Shown here: piece by piece, positions 39,909 through 53,075 of the stretch | How positions within the stretch are numbered: the first letter of the stretch is position 1 | Layout of the letters: each line of letters opens with the position of its first letter | Source: Chiloscyllium plagiosum | Lineage: Eukaryota | Length of the DNA: 64,000 nucleotides | Direction: 5' to 3' | Assembly: GCF_004010195.1 (NCBI RefSeq) | Contig: NC_057719.1 | Location: forward strand, 35,074,264 to 35,138,263 | The notes under the pieces: generated by a model | Databases searched by the model: none | The model's input: only the letters and a program-made list of their open reading frames with translations | What the model was told of the DNA's origin: nothing | Program-made: the position numbers and the translations under genes

Positions 39909-40932
39909 CCTCCAACAAAGTACTGTGTGCTGTCCCGCTTTCTATTTAATGTGTCTAAAGGTGTGGTGGGCGATATCACTTCTGGTTCGGTTTCTGAGAC
40001 ATCAGTAAATGAGGTCCAAATCTATATGTTTGTTAATGGAATTCCAGTTTGAATGCCAGGTCTCTAGGAATTCCCATGCGTGTCTTTCTTTAGTCGGTCC
40101 CACAACTGATGTATTGTCCCAATAGAATTAGTGTCTCTCTTCGCCTGTGTGTGTGGATACCAGTGGAAGCTGGTCATGTCTTTAGTGGCTAATTGGTGCT
40201 CATGTATCCTGGTGGCTAGTTTCCGGCTCGTCTGTCCAAACTAATGTTTGTTGTAGTCCTTGCAGGGTATGTTGTATATGGCGTTTGTTTTGCTGGTTGT
40301 TGGTACAGGGTCCTTTAAATTAATCAGGAGCTGGTTCAGTGTGGTGGTAGGTTTGTGGGCTACCATGGTGCCTAGAGGTCGGAGTAGTCTGGTCATCATC
40401 TCTGAGATGTCTTATATATGGCAGTGTGGCGAGAGTCTCTGGGCATGTTGTGTCTTCCTGTTTAGGTCTGTTGTGCAGGAATCAAAAGGGCTGCGCTAAT
40501 TGGATACCTGTTGTTCCTAAATCCGTATAAGTGTTTTTCTTCGGCTTCTCATAGTTCCTGGGTGCTGCAGTGTGTTGTGGATCCTAAATAACGTCCTGAT
40601 GCAGGTCCATTTGCGCATGTTGGGATGATTGCTCCTGCTGTTGAGTATCTGGTCAGTGTGTGTGGCTTTCCTGTAGATGCTGGCCTGCAGCTCTCCATTG
40701 GCTTTTCATTCTACTATGACGTCTAGGAAGGGGAGTCTGCTGTTATTCTCTTCCACTTGGGTGAACTTTACATCAGTAAGGATGTTGTTTATGCATATGC
40801 GGGTTTCTTCTAATTTGTTGTGTTTCTTGATGACAAAGATGTCATCCACAGAGCAGACCCAAAGCTTGGGCTGAATCGAAGGAAGACAGTAGCACTAACA
40901 CTAAGCAGAAAGAAAGAAGAGAACACCCTCAA

Positions 40933-42524
40933 CATATTTGTATCATCAGCCGTCACAGGTGAGGTGCCAGAAGACTGGAGGTTGGCTAATGTGGTGCCAC
41001 TGTTAAAGGAAGGTGGTAAGGAAAAGTCAGGGAACTATAGACCAGAGACCCTGACGTTGGTGGTGGGCAAGTTCTTGGAGGGAATCCTGAGGTACATGAT
41101 GTACATGTATTTGGAAAGGCAAAGACTGATTAGGGATAGTCAACATGGTTTTGTGCGTGGGAAATCGTATCTCACAAACTTGATTGAGCTTTTTGAAGAA
41201 GTAACAAAGAGGATTAATGAGGGCAGAGCGGTAGATGTGATCGAGATAAAAACAATGACTGCAGATGCTGGAAACCAGATTCTGGATTAGTGGTGCTGGA
41301 AGAGCACAGCAGTTCAGGCAGCATCCATGGAGCTTCGAAATCGACGTTTCGGGCAAAAGCCCTTCATCGATATAGACTTCAATAAGACTTTGACAAGGTC
41401 CCCCATGAGAGACTGGTTAGCAAAGTTACATTTCATGGAATACAGGGAGAACTAGCCATTTGGATACAGAACTGGCTCAAAGGCAAAAGACACAGGGTGG
41501 CGGTGGAGAGTTGTTTTTCAGACTGCAGGCCTGTGACCAATAGAGTGCCACAAGCATCGGTGCTGGGTCCACTACTTTTCATCATTTATATAAATGATTT
41601 GGATGTAAGCATAACAGGTATAGTTAGTAAGTTTGCAGATGACACCAAAATTACAGGTGGACTGCGAAGAAGGTTACCTGACTACAATGGGATCTTGATC
41701 AGATGAGCCAATGGACTGAGGAATGGCAGATGGAGTTTAATTTAGATAAAATGCGAAGTGCTGCATTTTGGGACAGCAAATTTTAGCAGGACGGAAACAC
41801 TTAATGGTAAGGTCCTAGGGAATGTTGCCAGACAAAGGCACCTTGGAGTGCAGATTCATAGCTCCTTGAAAGTAGAGTCGCAGGTAGATAGGATAGTGAA
41901 GGCATTTGGTATGCTTTCCTTTATTGGTCAGAGTATTGAATACAGGAGTTGGGAGGTCATGTTGTGGCTGTACAGGACATTGGTTAGGCCACTTTTGGAA
42001 TATTACGTGCAATTCTGATCTCCTTCCTATCAGAAGGATGCTGTGAAACTTGGAAAGGTTCAGAAATGATTTACAAGGATGTTGCCAGGGTTGAAGGATT
42101 TGAGATCCAGGAAGAGGTTGAATAGGCTGGGGCTGTTTTCCCTGGAGCTGTGGGGTGAACTTATAGAGGTTTATAAAATCATGAGGGGCATGGATAGGAT
42201 AAATAGACAAAGTCTGTTCCCTGGGATTGGGGAGTCCAGACCTAGAGGGCATAGGTTTAGGGTGAGAGGGAAAAGATATAAGAGAACCAAGGGGAACTTT
42301 TTCCACGCAGAGGGTTATATGTGTATGGAATGAGCTGCCAGAGCAAGTGGTGGAGGCTCAAACAATTGCAACATTTAAAAGGCATCTGGACGTGAATATG
42401 CATAGGGATGGTTTGGAGAGATATAGGCTGGATACTAGCACTAGATTGGGTTGGGATATCTGGTCGGCATGGACAAGTTGGACTGAAGGATCTGTTTCCG
42501 TGCTGTACGTCTCTATGACTCTAC
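40933..42524 (+). mobile_element. Younger CR1 (RT to 3' end) inserted in the PLE ORF
   Basis: ORFs 40820..41290, 41497..41706 (YINDLD, KFADDTK), 41758..42018; CTCTATGACTCTA tail. Confidence 0.93.
41245..41365 (-). mobile_element. PLE-derived mini insertion inside the CR1 RT, with truncated hammerhead motif
   Basis: Interrupts AVDVI|..DF; ATCGA at 41240-41244 and 41366-41370; minus strand GATGA-A-GGGC(TTTT)GCCC-GAA-ACGT-C. Confidence 0.85.
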
Positions 42525-44208
42525 GACACTGGAAAGGAAAACTCTGAAGGTCTCAGAAAAGACAGAAATATCGTAATCCTACTGGCAGACAAAGGGCGCA
42601 CGACTGTCATCCTGACTAGAGCACAATATGTTGAAAAACCAAACACACTATTCGCAGGTACCAATACCTACCAACAGGTGGCGATGGACCTGACTCCACA
42701 GCTATAAAACTGTATTACAATAATCCCTGAAAAAAACTACACAATACAGGTGAAATTAACAAGGCAGACCTCCAAAAGAATGAAATCTTAAGGATCCAAC
42801 ACCCTGTTTCGACAGATTACTGAAGGTACACAAACAAGGGACCCACCTCAGACCCATAGTCTCACTTCCCGGTATACCAACATACAGATTAGCAAAAGGA
42901 ACTGCAATGTAAACTGAAAAACCTAGCAGAAGACTCAACCCACTCCATCCACTCCATCCAGAAATTCCTTAACAAAGACACCACGGTAGAGGACACGGCC
43001 ATGGTTTCCTTCGACGTGAGAGCCCTATTTACATTAATAAAAATTACCTTAGTTAATGAAACATTGGCCTCATTGCTCGATGGATAAAGGACACAAACAC
43101 CTCTCAGCACCAACTCCATCAGCAAGGACAGCATCCTTAAAATAGTAGACTTGTGTCTCACTACCCACTTCACCTTCAACGACAAGATCTACAAACAAAT
43201 CAATGGGATGCCTATGGAATCACCAATATCAGGACTCTTAGCAGAAGCAGTTATGCAGAAGTTAGAATGAACAGCCCTTCCTGCGATCCAGCCAAAGCTT
43301 TGGATCCAATATGTCGATGACATCTTAGTCATCATGAAACACAACAAATTAGAAGAAATCCACAAACGCACAAACAACATCCTTACTTATAAAGTTCACC
43401 AAAGGGGAAAAGAACAACAACAGACTCCCCTTGCCGGATCTCACAGTAGAGTGAAAAGCCAAATGGAGAGCTGCAGATCAGCGTTTACAGGAAAGCCACA
43501 CACACTGACCAGATATTCAACTATAGAAGCAATCATCCCGACACGCACAAATGAAGCTGCATAAGGACATTATTTAAATGATCCATAACACACTGCAGCA
43601 CCCAGGTATTATGAGAAGCTGAAGAAAAACACCTATAAAACGTATTCAGAAACAACGGGCACCCAATAAGCACAGTCCACCAATTCCTGCACAACAGACC
43701 TAAACAGGAAGTCAGAGACTCTAGCCACCCTGCCATACGTCAAAGACATCTTGGAGACGACGACCAGACTACTCTGGCCCCTTGGCATAATTGTAGCCCA
43801 CAAACCTTACATCACACTGAACCTGTTCCTGATTAAAGGACCACGTACCAACAACCAGCAGAACGAACGCCATATACAAAATACCATGCAAGGACTGCAA
43901 CAAACATTACATTGGACAAACGGGCAGGAAACTAGCCACCAAACGACATGACCAACTTTCATTGGTATCCATACACACAGAACAAGAGGGACACCAGTTC
44001 GACTGGGACAATACATCCATCCTCAGACAAGCTAAACAAACACACACACTGAACTCCTAAAGGCCTGGCATTCAAACTGGAACTCTATTACATCAAATCG
44101 GACCCCATTTGCCAACCTCTCAGAAACAGAACTGGAAGAGTTATCACTCACCATAGAGCAAGGCACATAAATAGTAAGTGGGGCAGAACACCAGTGTTTC
44201 ATTGGAGA

Positions 44209-44250
44209 CTCACTGATGATGTTACCTAGCATGGTAACGAAATGTCTGAG
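44209..44250 (+). ncRNA. Minimal type-I hammerhead ribozyme motif at PLE 3' end
   Basis: CTCA-CTGATGA-T-GTTACC(TAGCAT)GGTAAC-GAA-ATGT-C-TGAG; 4-bp stem I, 6-bp stem II. Confidence 0.75.
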
Positions 44251-46467
44251 AACAAATCTACCAGCTCAGCGAGCAAACGTACAACCCGAGCTACAAATCC
44301 TCTCCAAAATCGCATTAAATTAATCGCTTAAATTGGATTTTATTAAAGGCTTTCAGAAAATCCAAATACACTGCATTCATTGATTTTTCCTTTTCAGTTC
44401 TATTAGTTTCATCCTCAAAAACCTTAATAGGTTTGTCAAACATAATTTTCCTCCAGAAATCCATGCTTTGTCTAATCCCTTTAATATATTCAAAGTGCCC
44501 TGTTATCACACTTTAAAAAAGATTCTAGAATTTTCCCTACTATGTATGTTAAGATAATCAGAGCCTGTAATTCCCTATTTTTCCCTCCGTCTTTTTGACG
44601 ACCAGCATATCCACTATTTCCAGTACTCTGTGATGCAGGTTCTAAAGTTCTGGAGGTTTATCAGTTTTAAGTACTATTAATTTCTCTAGCACCACCTTTG
44701 TATTGATTCTATTTGCCTTTAAATCCTCCTTATCATGAGACCATTATTTCTTTCAGAAAGACAGAACTAAAATAGTTGTTTAATTGTTTTATCATTTTTT
44801 TTGCTCCATGTTATCAATTATACTGTTCCAGACTATACGGGACCTGCACTTGTCTTTTTTTAAAAACATACTTATACAATCTATCACAGTTCACGTTTAT
44901 GTTCCTTAACAATTTACATGTTTTGTGTCTTACATTGTTTGGTTCTTCTTTACTGAATTCTAATTTGCACCCAATCCCAGGCTAACTAAATTTTTCAGCA
45001 ATTTTATATGACTCTGCTTTGGACTGAATACAATCCTTAATTTCTTTTGTTAACCATATTTTTCCTGTTGTGTTTTTGCATAAGCAAGCAATATATAACT
45101 GTCGCAATGTATGCATTTGTCCTTTAAATGTTAGCCACTGATTGTCATGACTTTCAATGAAGTTACCCAATCAACCATAACCAACTCACCCTCATACCTT
45201 TGTAGTTTCCTATGATTGGATTTAGGAGTTTTGAATTGGGCAACTTCACTTTCTGACTCAATGAAGATTCAAATGTTTTGGTCCCTCTTCCGTAAGGAAC
45301 CCTTCACAACAGGATTAATTAATTAATTAATGCCTTCTCATTGCACAATGCCAAATCTAGGATAGTCTATTACTAATTGATTCATTGAAGTACTGTTCTT
45401 AAAAAGATATTGCACACAATCCAGGAATTCATCTGCCACAATATTATTGCTAATTTAGTTTGCCCAGCCACATGCCGATTAAAATCATCCATGATTATTA
45501 ACAGTTACCTTAGTTGGAGGCTTCTCTAAGTTTCCACTTAATGTTGAGCTCTATGTTACCTCTATTGTTTGAAGACCAATAGATAATTCCCAATGTTTTT
45601 CATTCCTTGCTGCTTTTTAGTTCCACCAAAACCATTTCTAAATCTAGGTTTCTGTGTCAACATCCTTCTCGTTGCACTGATTTCATCCTTTAGTAACAAT
45701 GCTACCCACCTCCTTTACCTTTTGGCCTGATCTTCCAAAAGACTGAATAGTCTTGAATATTCAGCTCCTAACCTTGGTCACCAGGCAGCCATGTCTTGGT
45801 ATTCACAATTACATCAAACCCATGTACAACTATTTGCACTGTTAGTCTGTCCACTTTATTGCTAATGCTGTACATATTCAGATACAATGCCTTTACATTT
45901 GTCTTTTACACATCTTTGCATGAGGAGGGAAGGATAGAATAGAATAGGATAGAAGGATAGAAATAGAATTTCCATAAAAGAATTGAGAATGTGAAAGTAT
46001 AAGATAAAAAAATCATTTGCAAAAGAAGCAAATGTGATGCTGAAAATCTTTTTTTCACAGAGTAATTAGTCTGCAAGTATGGCAGAGATAGGTTGAAATG
46101 AGGCATTAAATAGGGTGTTAGATGATTGTATGAATACAAAATGTGGAAGACTATGGCAAAATGGCAGGAGAATGTCACCAAGTCATAATATTCATCAGTG
46201 CACCAGTGTTGTCCAAATGGCTTCCTTCTGCACCATAACAATTCTGCATTCAAAATATAGTCAAATTAGTTCATTATTGACCTGTAAATCCTTCCAATAC
46301 ATTTATAGTTGATAATGGAAGTGGGAAAATCTCCTCATCAGTTATGTTTAATGTAGAGTAGTGCCCCCAACCTACAGCTTTTGGTGACAGGCTGGTGTCC
46401 TGCTCTAGGAAAATACACTTTAGGAAACAGACCCAGATGCTTTATTTGCCTCATAAGCCACTAGGTA

Positions 46468-46990
46468 TAGAGTCATATAGATGTAAAGCACAGAAACAGA
46501 TCCTTTGGTCCAACTCATCCATTCCAATCAGATATCCTAAATTAATCGAATCTCATTTACCTGCACTTGGCCCATATCCCTCTAAATCCTTCTTATTCAT
46601 ATACTCATCCAGATACCTTTACATGTTGTAATTGTACCAGCCTCCACCACTTCCTCTGGCAGCTCATTCCAAACATTCCACCACTCTCTGCATGAAAACT
46701 TTGCCCCAAGGTTTTCTCTTTCACCTTAAACCTATGCTCTCTAGTTTTGGACTTCCCTACCCTGGGGAAAAAACCTCGGTTATTCACTCTGTCCATGCTC
46801 CTCATGATTTTATAAACTGCCATAAGATCACCCCTCAGCTTCCAACACTCCAGGGAAAATAGCCTCTCACTTTTGCTCAAACCCTTCAATACTGGCAACA
46901 TCCTTGTAAAACAACATCTTTCCTATATCTGGGAGACCAAAATTGAATGCAGTATTCCAAAAGTGGCCTAACCAATGATTTGTACAGCCA
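46468..46990 (-). mobile_element. CR1 3' fragment
   Basis: ORF 46605..46901 LRGDLMAVYKIM..KTREHRF. Confidence 0.9.
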
Positions 46991-47589
46991 CAAACAATCT
47001 GACATATTTTAGATATATTTTTAAGCTATTTTACATTAATGTGGCCCATGAGAAGTAATCAACTTGCTATGAACCTTTGAAACAAAAACTTAACTTCCTC
47101 ATAACAAATTCTTATAACATGGGAAGCTATCTTCTCAAAATACAGAATGAATTTGAAGAATAAATAGGAGAAAACTTAGGTGACCAATACACACCAGCAG
47201 CGAAAATTGGGCTAAATGGTTATTTCTGTTATGTGTATTTTATGTAACTCAACTTAGTTTACTTACTGGCCTCGAATGAAACACGATATCAATCATATGA
47301 GAGAAAATAAAAAGAAAGCACCTAAATTAGCCCCCAAATTATTAAAGCTCAACTGCTTATTGTAGTTTCTGATTATAACACAGCTTCTCAGCTCAATTGT
47401 TCAGCATAAACCATTGAGAGTCATCAGTCACTTGTACTATCTATATGGCAACATATCTGTACCTAAAGCTCACTTGGCCAACCATTCAGCACTCTTCTTT
47501 CATGCAGTATGAATGTTGTTTCCCTTTACACTGGCATTTCTTGCAAATTGTCCTGATGAGTTCAACATTAAAAACTTCAACAAATTTGT

Positions 47590-48210
47590 TTTTTAAATTC
47601 ACTCATAAGATGTGGACGTCACTTGGGGGCCAGCATTTATTGCACATTCTTAGTTGCCTTTGAGAAGCTGGCGGTCAACTTCTTTCTTGAACCACTGCAA
47701 TCAATGTACAGTACATTGACCCACAATGCCCACGAGAGAATTTTGACCTAACAATAATAAAAGGAACAGTGATATATTTCCAAGGTGGCAGTGACTGGCT
47801 TGGAGGGGAACATGCATGTGGTGGTATTCCCATGTATCTACTACACTTGTCCTTCTCAAAGGAAGTGGTTGCAGGTTTGGAAGATGCTGTCAAAGGATCT
47901 TTGGTGAATTTCTGATGCGCAGCTTGTGGACAGTAGCAGCAGTTGTACTGAGTGTCAGTGGTGGAGAGAGAATATGTTTGTGGATATGGTGCCAAACAAG
48001 CAGGCTGCTTTGTCCTGAGGAGTATGCTTCTTGACTGTTGTTGGATCTGCAAATCAAGCAGGTGGACAATATTCCATCACATTCATGACTTGTGCCTTGT
48101 AAACAGATGATGCATAGGCTTTGGGGAGTGAGGAGGAGAGTTACTCTCTGCATTATTCCTCAGCTCTTACCTGCTCTTGTAGCTACTACATTTATATGGT
48201 GAGTCCAATT
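47590..48210 (-). mobile_element. L2/CR1-clade LINE 3' fragment
   Basis: Colinear similarity to 6225-6990. Confidence 0.75.
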
Positions 48211-48606
48211 GACCAAGTATTAATTTGTTAAAGGGAAATAATTTTTGAATAATCTAAATGAGGTACCCAGAGGGTTTGATTTAAGGACCACTAATTGTTA
48301 TTTATAATTGACCGAATTGTTTGGGCAGTACAATTTAGAACTTTATGGATTGTATAAAACTTGATAATGTCATAAATATGACAGAGTAACAGACTTCAAG
48401 AGAATGTCGAAATAGGCAGACACAATTTAGTGTAGTGAAATGTGTGACTGTCTTTATTCTGATACCCACCTTGGCAAGGAAGGAATGAGAGGAAATGCGG
48501 AGATATTTTCAGCAGCTAACATCTCCATTTACAGGTCAAGCACGCCTTTGGACCACCACCTGCCCCTCCACCAACTGATCCAACGGATTCAATCAGTTCC
48601 TCAGTC

Positions 48607-48915
48607 ATGAGCACGCAAAGTGAAGAAGCTAACAATGGTGAAGAGGAGGTCAGTGGCCTTCCTCTGGACATTAAACCACGTGAGCTTTACCTTGTCTTTC
48701 GATCAGTTAAGGGATGTGAAGGTTCACTGATCAAGCTAAAATCAAAGCAGCAAGTTGGCTTTGTTACATTTGACAGCAGAGCGAGAACAGAAGCAGCAAA
48801 GAGTGCTGCATTCACCTAGCCTGCTGCTGTAGCTGCAGCACTTCACGCTCAGATGCACTGGTATCCTCCATCTGAAGCATCTCCACAAGGATGGAAGTCT
48901 CGTCAGTTTTGTTAA
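48607..48915 (+). pseudogene. RBPMS2: Processed pseudogene of the RBPMS family (RBPMS2-like RRM protein), antisense within NEMF intron 6
   Basis: Single frame reads [101 protein letters not shown]. Intronless, in-frame TAG at 48817-48819, two in-frame deletions. The Ala-rich tail and WY favour RBPMS2 over RBPMS, but the paralogue call is less certain than the family call. Confidence 0.88.
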
Positions 48916-49732
48916 GTATTTAACTGCCCTTATCAAAGAATTCCGATTTCTCCGTGGCATGATGCAGAAGGACAGACTGGATTTTGTTTTCTGGTTGGAC
49001 TTTACTGAAGGAGATTTTGGATAACTGGCTCGTTTCTACTCGACTTGGAGGGAGTGGAGTGGTCACTAAGAACTTTACTGGTGAACACATTTTTCCACGT
49101 GGGAGGATCCTGCAGCTCCTGTCTATTGCATGGACTAGTAATATTTGTTGTTATAATCACTGTATGTTGTGTATCAATAACTTGCTTAAATATGGGCTGA
49201 CAATCTTCTGAAAGCTGGTAGTGCCAATGGTTATCATGAAATGATAAAGGAGGGAATGAGAATATGTACAAGGTATGAACAGGTAGGGAAAGAGTTAAGT
49301 TTAGGGTTCTGAGACAAAGGCTCAGCCAGCATGACTTTGACCAGATAAGAACTTGCAGTAAACAACGAGGTGCTGGAGGTAAGGGTAGTGGTTTAACAAG
49401 GTGAAGAACATCTATTGTGTAATGCCAGATGCCTAATTCTTTACTGTTGATGCTTGCTGATTGTAACGGTCACCCAATCCATATAAATGTTGCCTTATTT
49501 TCATGCCACTTCCTGTAAGTGACTATACAATTCCTGAAGAATCTGCTGTTTGAGAGAAGACTGAGAACTCATATCCTTGTGTACATGGGTGATCGCTTTC
49601 TCTCCATCGCTTGGAAAAAAGGTGAAGAAGGTAGAGCCATACTGTGTCTGAGTGTTTGTTTCGACTGATAAGGAAACGGGACAAGAGTATGAGTCAAACT
49701 AGAGAGTTGCCCCTTGATTTTTCCTTTGAAAG

Positions 49733-49950
49733 TTCATTCACAGGATGAGGGCATCACTGGCTAGGCCAGCATTTATTGCCCATCTCTAATTACCCAGAGG
49801 GTAGATAAAAGTAAATCACATTGCTGTGGAATCACATGTCGGCCAGACCAGGTAAAGATGGCAGTTTCCTTCCCGAAAGGACTTTAGTGAAACTAATGGG
49901 TTTTTCCAATAATCAACAATGGATTTGGATTCATTGTCATTACCAGACAC
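49733..49950 (-). mobile_element. Deu-type SINE 3' part
   Basis: Reverse complement of about 14740-14940. Confidence 0.75.
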
Positions 49951-50619
49951 TTATTTTCCAGCTTATAAGGCTATAAAGGTCACCCTTCAGCTTCCTACAC
50001 TCCAAGGAAAAAAGTCCCAGCCTCTCCTTATAACTCAAGCCCCACAGTCTCGGTAACATTCTTGTAAATTTTTATTTGCACCTTTCCACTATAATAGCAT
50101 CCATCCTAGAACACAGCAACCAGAATTGTAAGCAGAATTCCAAAAGTGTCATGTATACTCATACCATGATGTCCCAACTCCTGTACTCAATGATCTGACC
50201 AATGAAGGCAAGCATGTCAAATGCCTTCTTCACCAGCCTGTCTGTCTACCGGTGACACCACATTCAAAGAACTATGTATCTGCACCCCCTAAGTTCCCCT
50301 GATTGACAACACTCCCCAGGGCCCTACCATTAATTGTATAAAGTCTTGCCCTGGTTGTCTTACTAAAATGCAACACCTCAAATTTATCTGCGCTTAGCTC
50401 CATCTGCCATTCCTCAGCCACTGGCCAGGCAGATGAAGATGCCATTGAACTCTTAGATAACCTTCTTCATTGTCCATTATACTACCAATTAGGGGGAAAA
50501 AAAAAGATCTTACCATATGCTGTTTGCCCTCCTCAAAAAAGCCCAGTATTCATCTACTGGTGATGTCAGGCTCACCACTCTATAGATCCGTGGTTTTTCC
50601 TCGCAGCCTTTCTTAAATA

Positions 50620-50826
50620 CAGTCGGTTCTGCTATAACGCGTTTCTTCAACGTGAAATAACTTTAACGCAATTGAAGAATTTAGACTGTTATTTGGAGAA
50701 TGTGAAATTTTCGTACCTGTATTGGCTATAACACAATACCAGCCACATTAGTTTAAATGGCGCAGCTATTGCACGATTTTCTTATAACACGAGAACAGAT
50801 CTATCGCATTATATCAGAACCGACCA
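50620..50826. mobile_element. Tc1/mariner (Tigger/pogo-like) MITE
   Basis: Imperfect TIRs CAGTCGGTTCTGCTATAACGC / GCATTATATCAGAACCGACCA; TA at 50618-50619 and 50827-50828; host CR1 is continuous across it. Confidence 0.82.
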
Positions 50827-50952
50827 TAATGGCAAATCATTAGGCAACCTCCAGATTTCCGGCAACTCAGACGGGGCTGTCAATGATACAAATATCTCAG
50901 CCAGGGGCTCCATAATTTCTTCTCTAGCTTCTCAATGTCCTGGGATACACTT

Positions 50953-53075
50953 AGAGTCATAAGAAATGTACAGCATGGCAACAGACCCTTTGATCCCACT
51001 CGTCCAAGCCGCCCAGATATCCCATCCCAATCTAGTCCCACCTGCCAGCATATGGCCTATATCCCCCCAAACCCTTCCTAATCATTTGCCTTTTAAATAT
51101 TGCAATTATACTAGCTGCCACCACTTCCTCTGGCAGCCCATTCCACACACGCACCACCCTCTGCATGAACAAGTTGCCCCTTAGGTCTCTTTTATGTATT
51201 TCCCCTTCTCACCCTTAACCTATGCCCTCTACTTCTGGATTCCCCCATCCCAGTGAAGAGGCTTTGTCTACTTACCTTATCCATGCCCCTCATAATTTTA
51301 TAAACCTCTATAAAGGTCACCCCTCAGCCTCCGATTCTCCAGGGAAAATCTGTCCCTATGGGTCAAATCCTCCAACCCTGACAACATCCTTGTCAATCTT
51401 TTCTGAACCCTTTCAAGTTTCACAACATCCTTCCGATAGGAAGGAGACCAAAAGTGTACGCAATATTCCAAAGGTGGCCTAACCAATGTCCTGTATAGCT
51501 GCAAACCTCCCAACTCCTGTACTCAATACTCTGACCAATAAAGGAAAGCATACCGAACACCTTCTTCACTGTCCTATCTACCTGTGACTCCACTTTCAAG
51601 GAGCTATGAACCTGCACTCCAAGGTCTCTTTGGACAACAACACTCCCGAGGACCTTACGATTAAGTGTATAAGTACTGCCCTGATTTGCCTTTCCAAAAT
51701 TTATCTAAATTAAACTCCATCTGCCACTCGTCAACCCATTTGCTCATCTGATCCAGATCCTGTTGTAATCTGAGGTAACCTTCTTCGCTGTCCACTACAT
51801 CTCCAATTTTGGTGTCATCTGCAAACTTACTACCTATACCTCCTATGTTCATATCCAAATCATTTATAAAAATGACAAAAAGTAGTGGACCCAGCACCAA
51901 GCCTTGTCGCACTCCACTGGTCACAGGCCTCCAGTCTGAAAAAATCCCTCCATCACCACCCTCTGTCTTCTACCTTTGAGCCAGTTCTGTATCCAAATGG
52001 TGAGTTCTCCCTGTATTCATGAAACGTAACCTTGCTAACCAGTCTCCCATGGGGAGCCTTGTCGAATGCCTTACTGAAGTCCATATAGGTCACGTCCACC
52101 ATTCTGCCCTCAGCAATCCTCTTTGTTACTTCTTCAAAAAACTCAAATCAAGACACGATTTCTCATGCACAAAGCCATGTTGACTATTCCTAATCAGTCC
52201 TTGCCTTTCCAAATACATGTACATCCTGTCCCTCCAAGGACTTGCCCACCACCGACATCTGGCTTGTCCTTACCACCTTTCTTAAATACTGGCACCATGT
52301 TAGCTAACCTCCAGTCTTCTGGCAAGTCATCAGTGACTATCAATGATACCAATATCTCAACAAGAGGCCCAGCAATCACTTCCCTAGCTTCCCACAGAGT
52401 AATAGGTACACCTGATCAGGTCCTGCATTTCAAGATATCCAGCACTTCCTCCTCTGTAATCTGGACATTTTTCAAGATGTCACCATCTATTTCCCTACAT
52501 TCTATATCTTCCATGTCCTTTTCCACAGTAAACACTGATGCAAAATACTCGTTTTGTACCTCCCCCATTTCCTGCGGCTCCACACAAAAGCCGCCTTGTT
52601 GATCTTTGAGGAATCTTATTTCTTCCTAGTTACCTTTTTGTCCTTAATGTATTTGTAAAAACCTTTTGGATTCTCCTTAACCCTATTTGCCAAAACTATC
52701 TCATGTCCCCTTTTTGCCCTCCTGACTTCCCTCTTAAGTATACTCCTACTGACTTTTTACTTTTCTAAGGATTCACTCAATCTATCCTGTCTATACCTGG
52801 CATATACTTCCCCCTTTTTCTTAACCAAACCCTCGATTTCTTTAGTCATCTAACTTTCCCTAGAACTACCAGCCTTTCCTTTCACCCAGATGGAATTTAC
52901 TATCTTTGGACTCTCGTTATTTCATTTCTGAAGGCTTTCCATTTTCCAGCCAACTCTCTACCTGCGAACATCTATCTCCAATCAGCTTGAGGGTTCTTGC
53001 CTGATACTGTCAAAATTAGCCTTCCTCCAATTTAGAGCTTCAACTTTGAGGCCTAGTCGATCCTTTTCCATCTAA
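50953..53075 (-). mobile_element. Younger CR1 ORF2/3' fragment
   Basis: ORFs 51661..51924 (GPLLFVIFINDLD, KFADDTK), 51298..51513, 52194..52379. Confidence 0.92.

Larger units (their letters stand above)
39838..44312 (+). mobile_element. Penelope-like element: inverted 3' copy (39838-40888, minus) fused head-to-head to a plus copy (40889-44312) with RT and GIY-YIG remnants
   Basis: ADKG, FDVRALFT, GMPMESPIS, YVDD and AIYKIPCKDCNKHYIGQTGRKL motifs; flanked by CATTAA(T/A)TTAATC at 39825-39837 and 44313-44325. Confidence 0.9.
38790..45910 (-). mobile_element. Old CR1, present as two pieces (38790-39837 and 44313-45910) split by a PLE
   Basis: VYLDFLKAFNKIQFKRLI (ORF 44315..44509) continues as NEHGF...ILARIKNW left of 39830. 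Confidence 0.8.

Noticed and set aside
40820..41290. 156-aa ORF as a novel fusion protein
   Set aside because: Accidental frame across PLE, CR1 and mini-element junctions; no splice or promoter support.
47545..47585. CTGATGAG motif as an intact hammerhead
   Set aside because: GAAA and stem II are degraded; counted only as a decayed PLE end.
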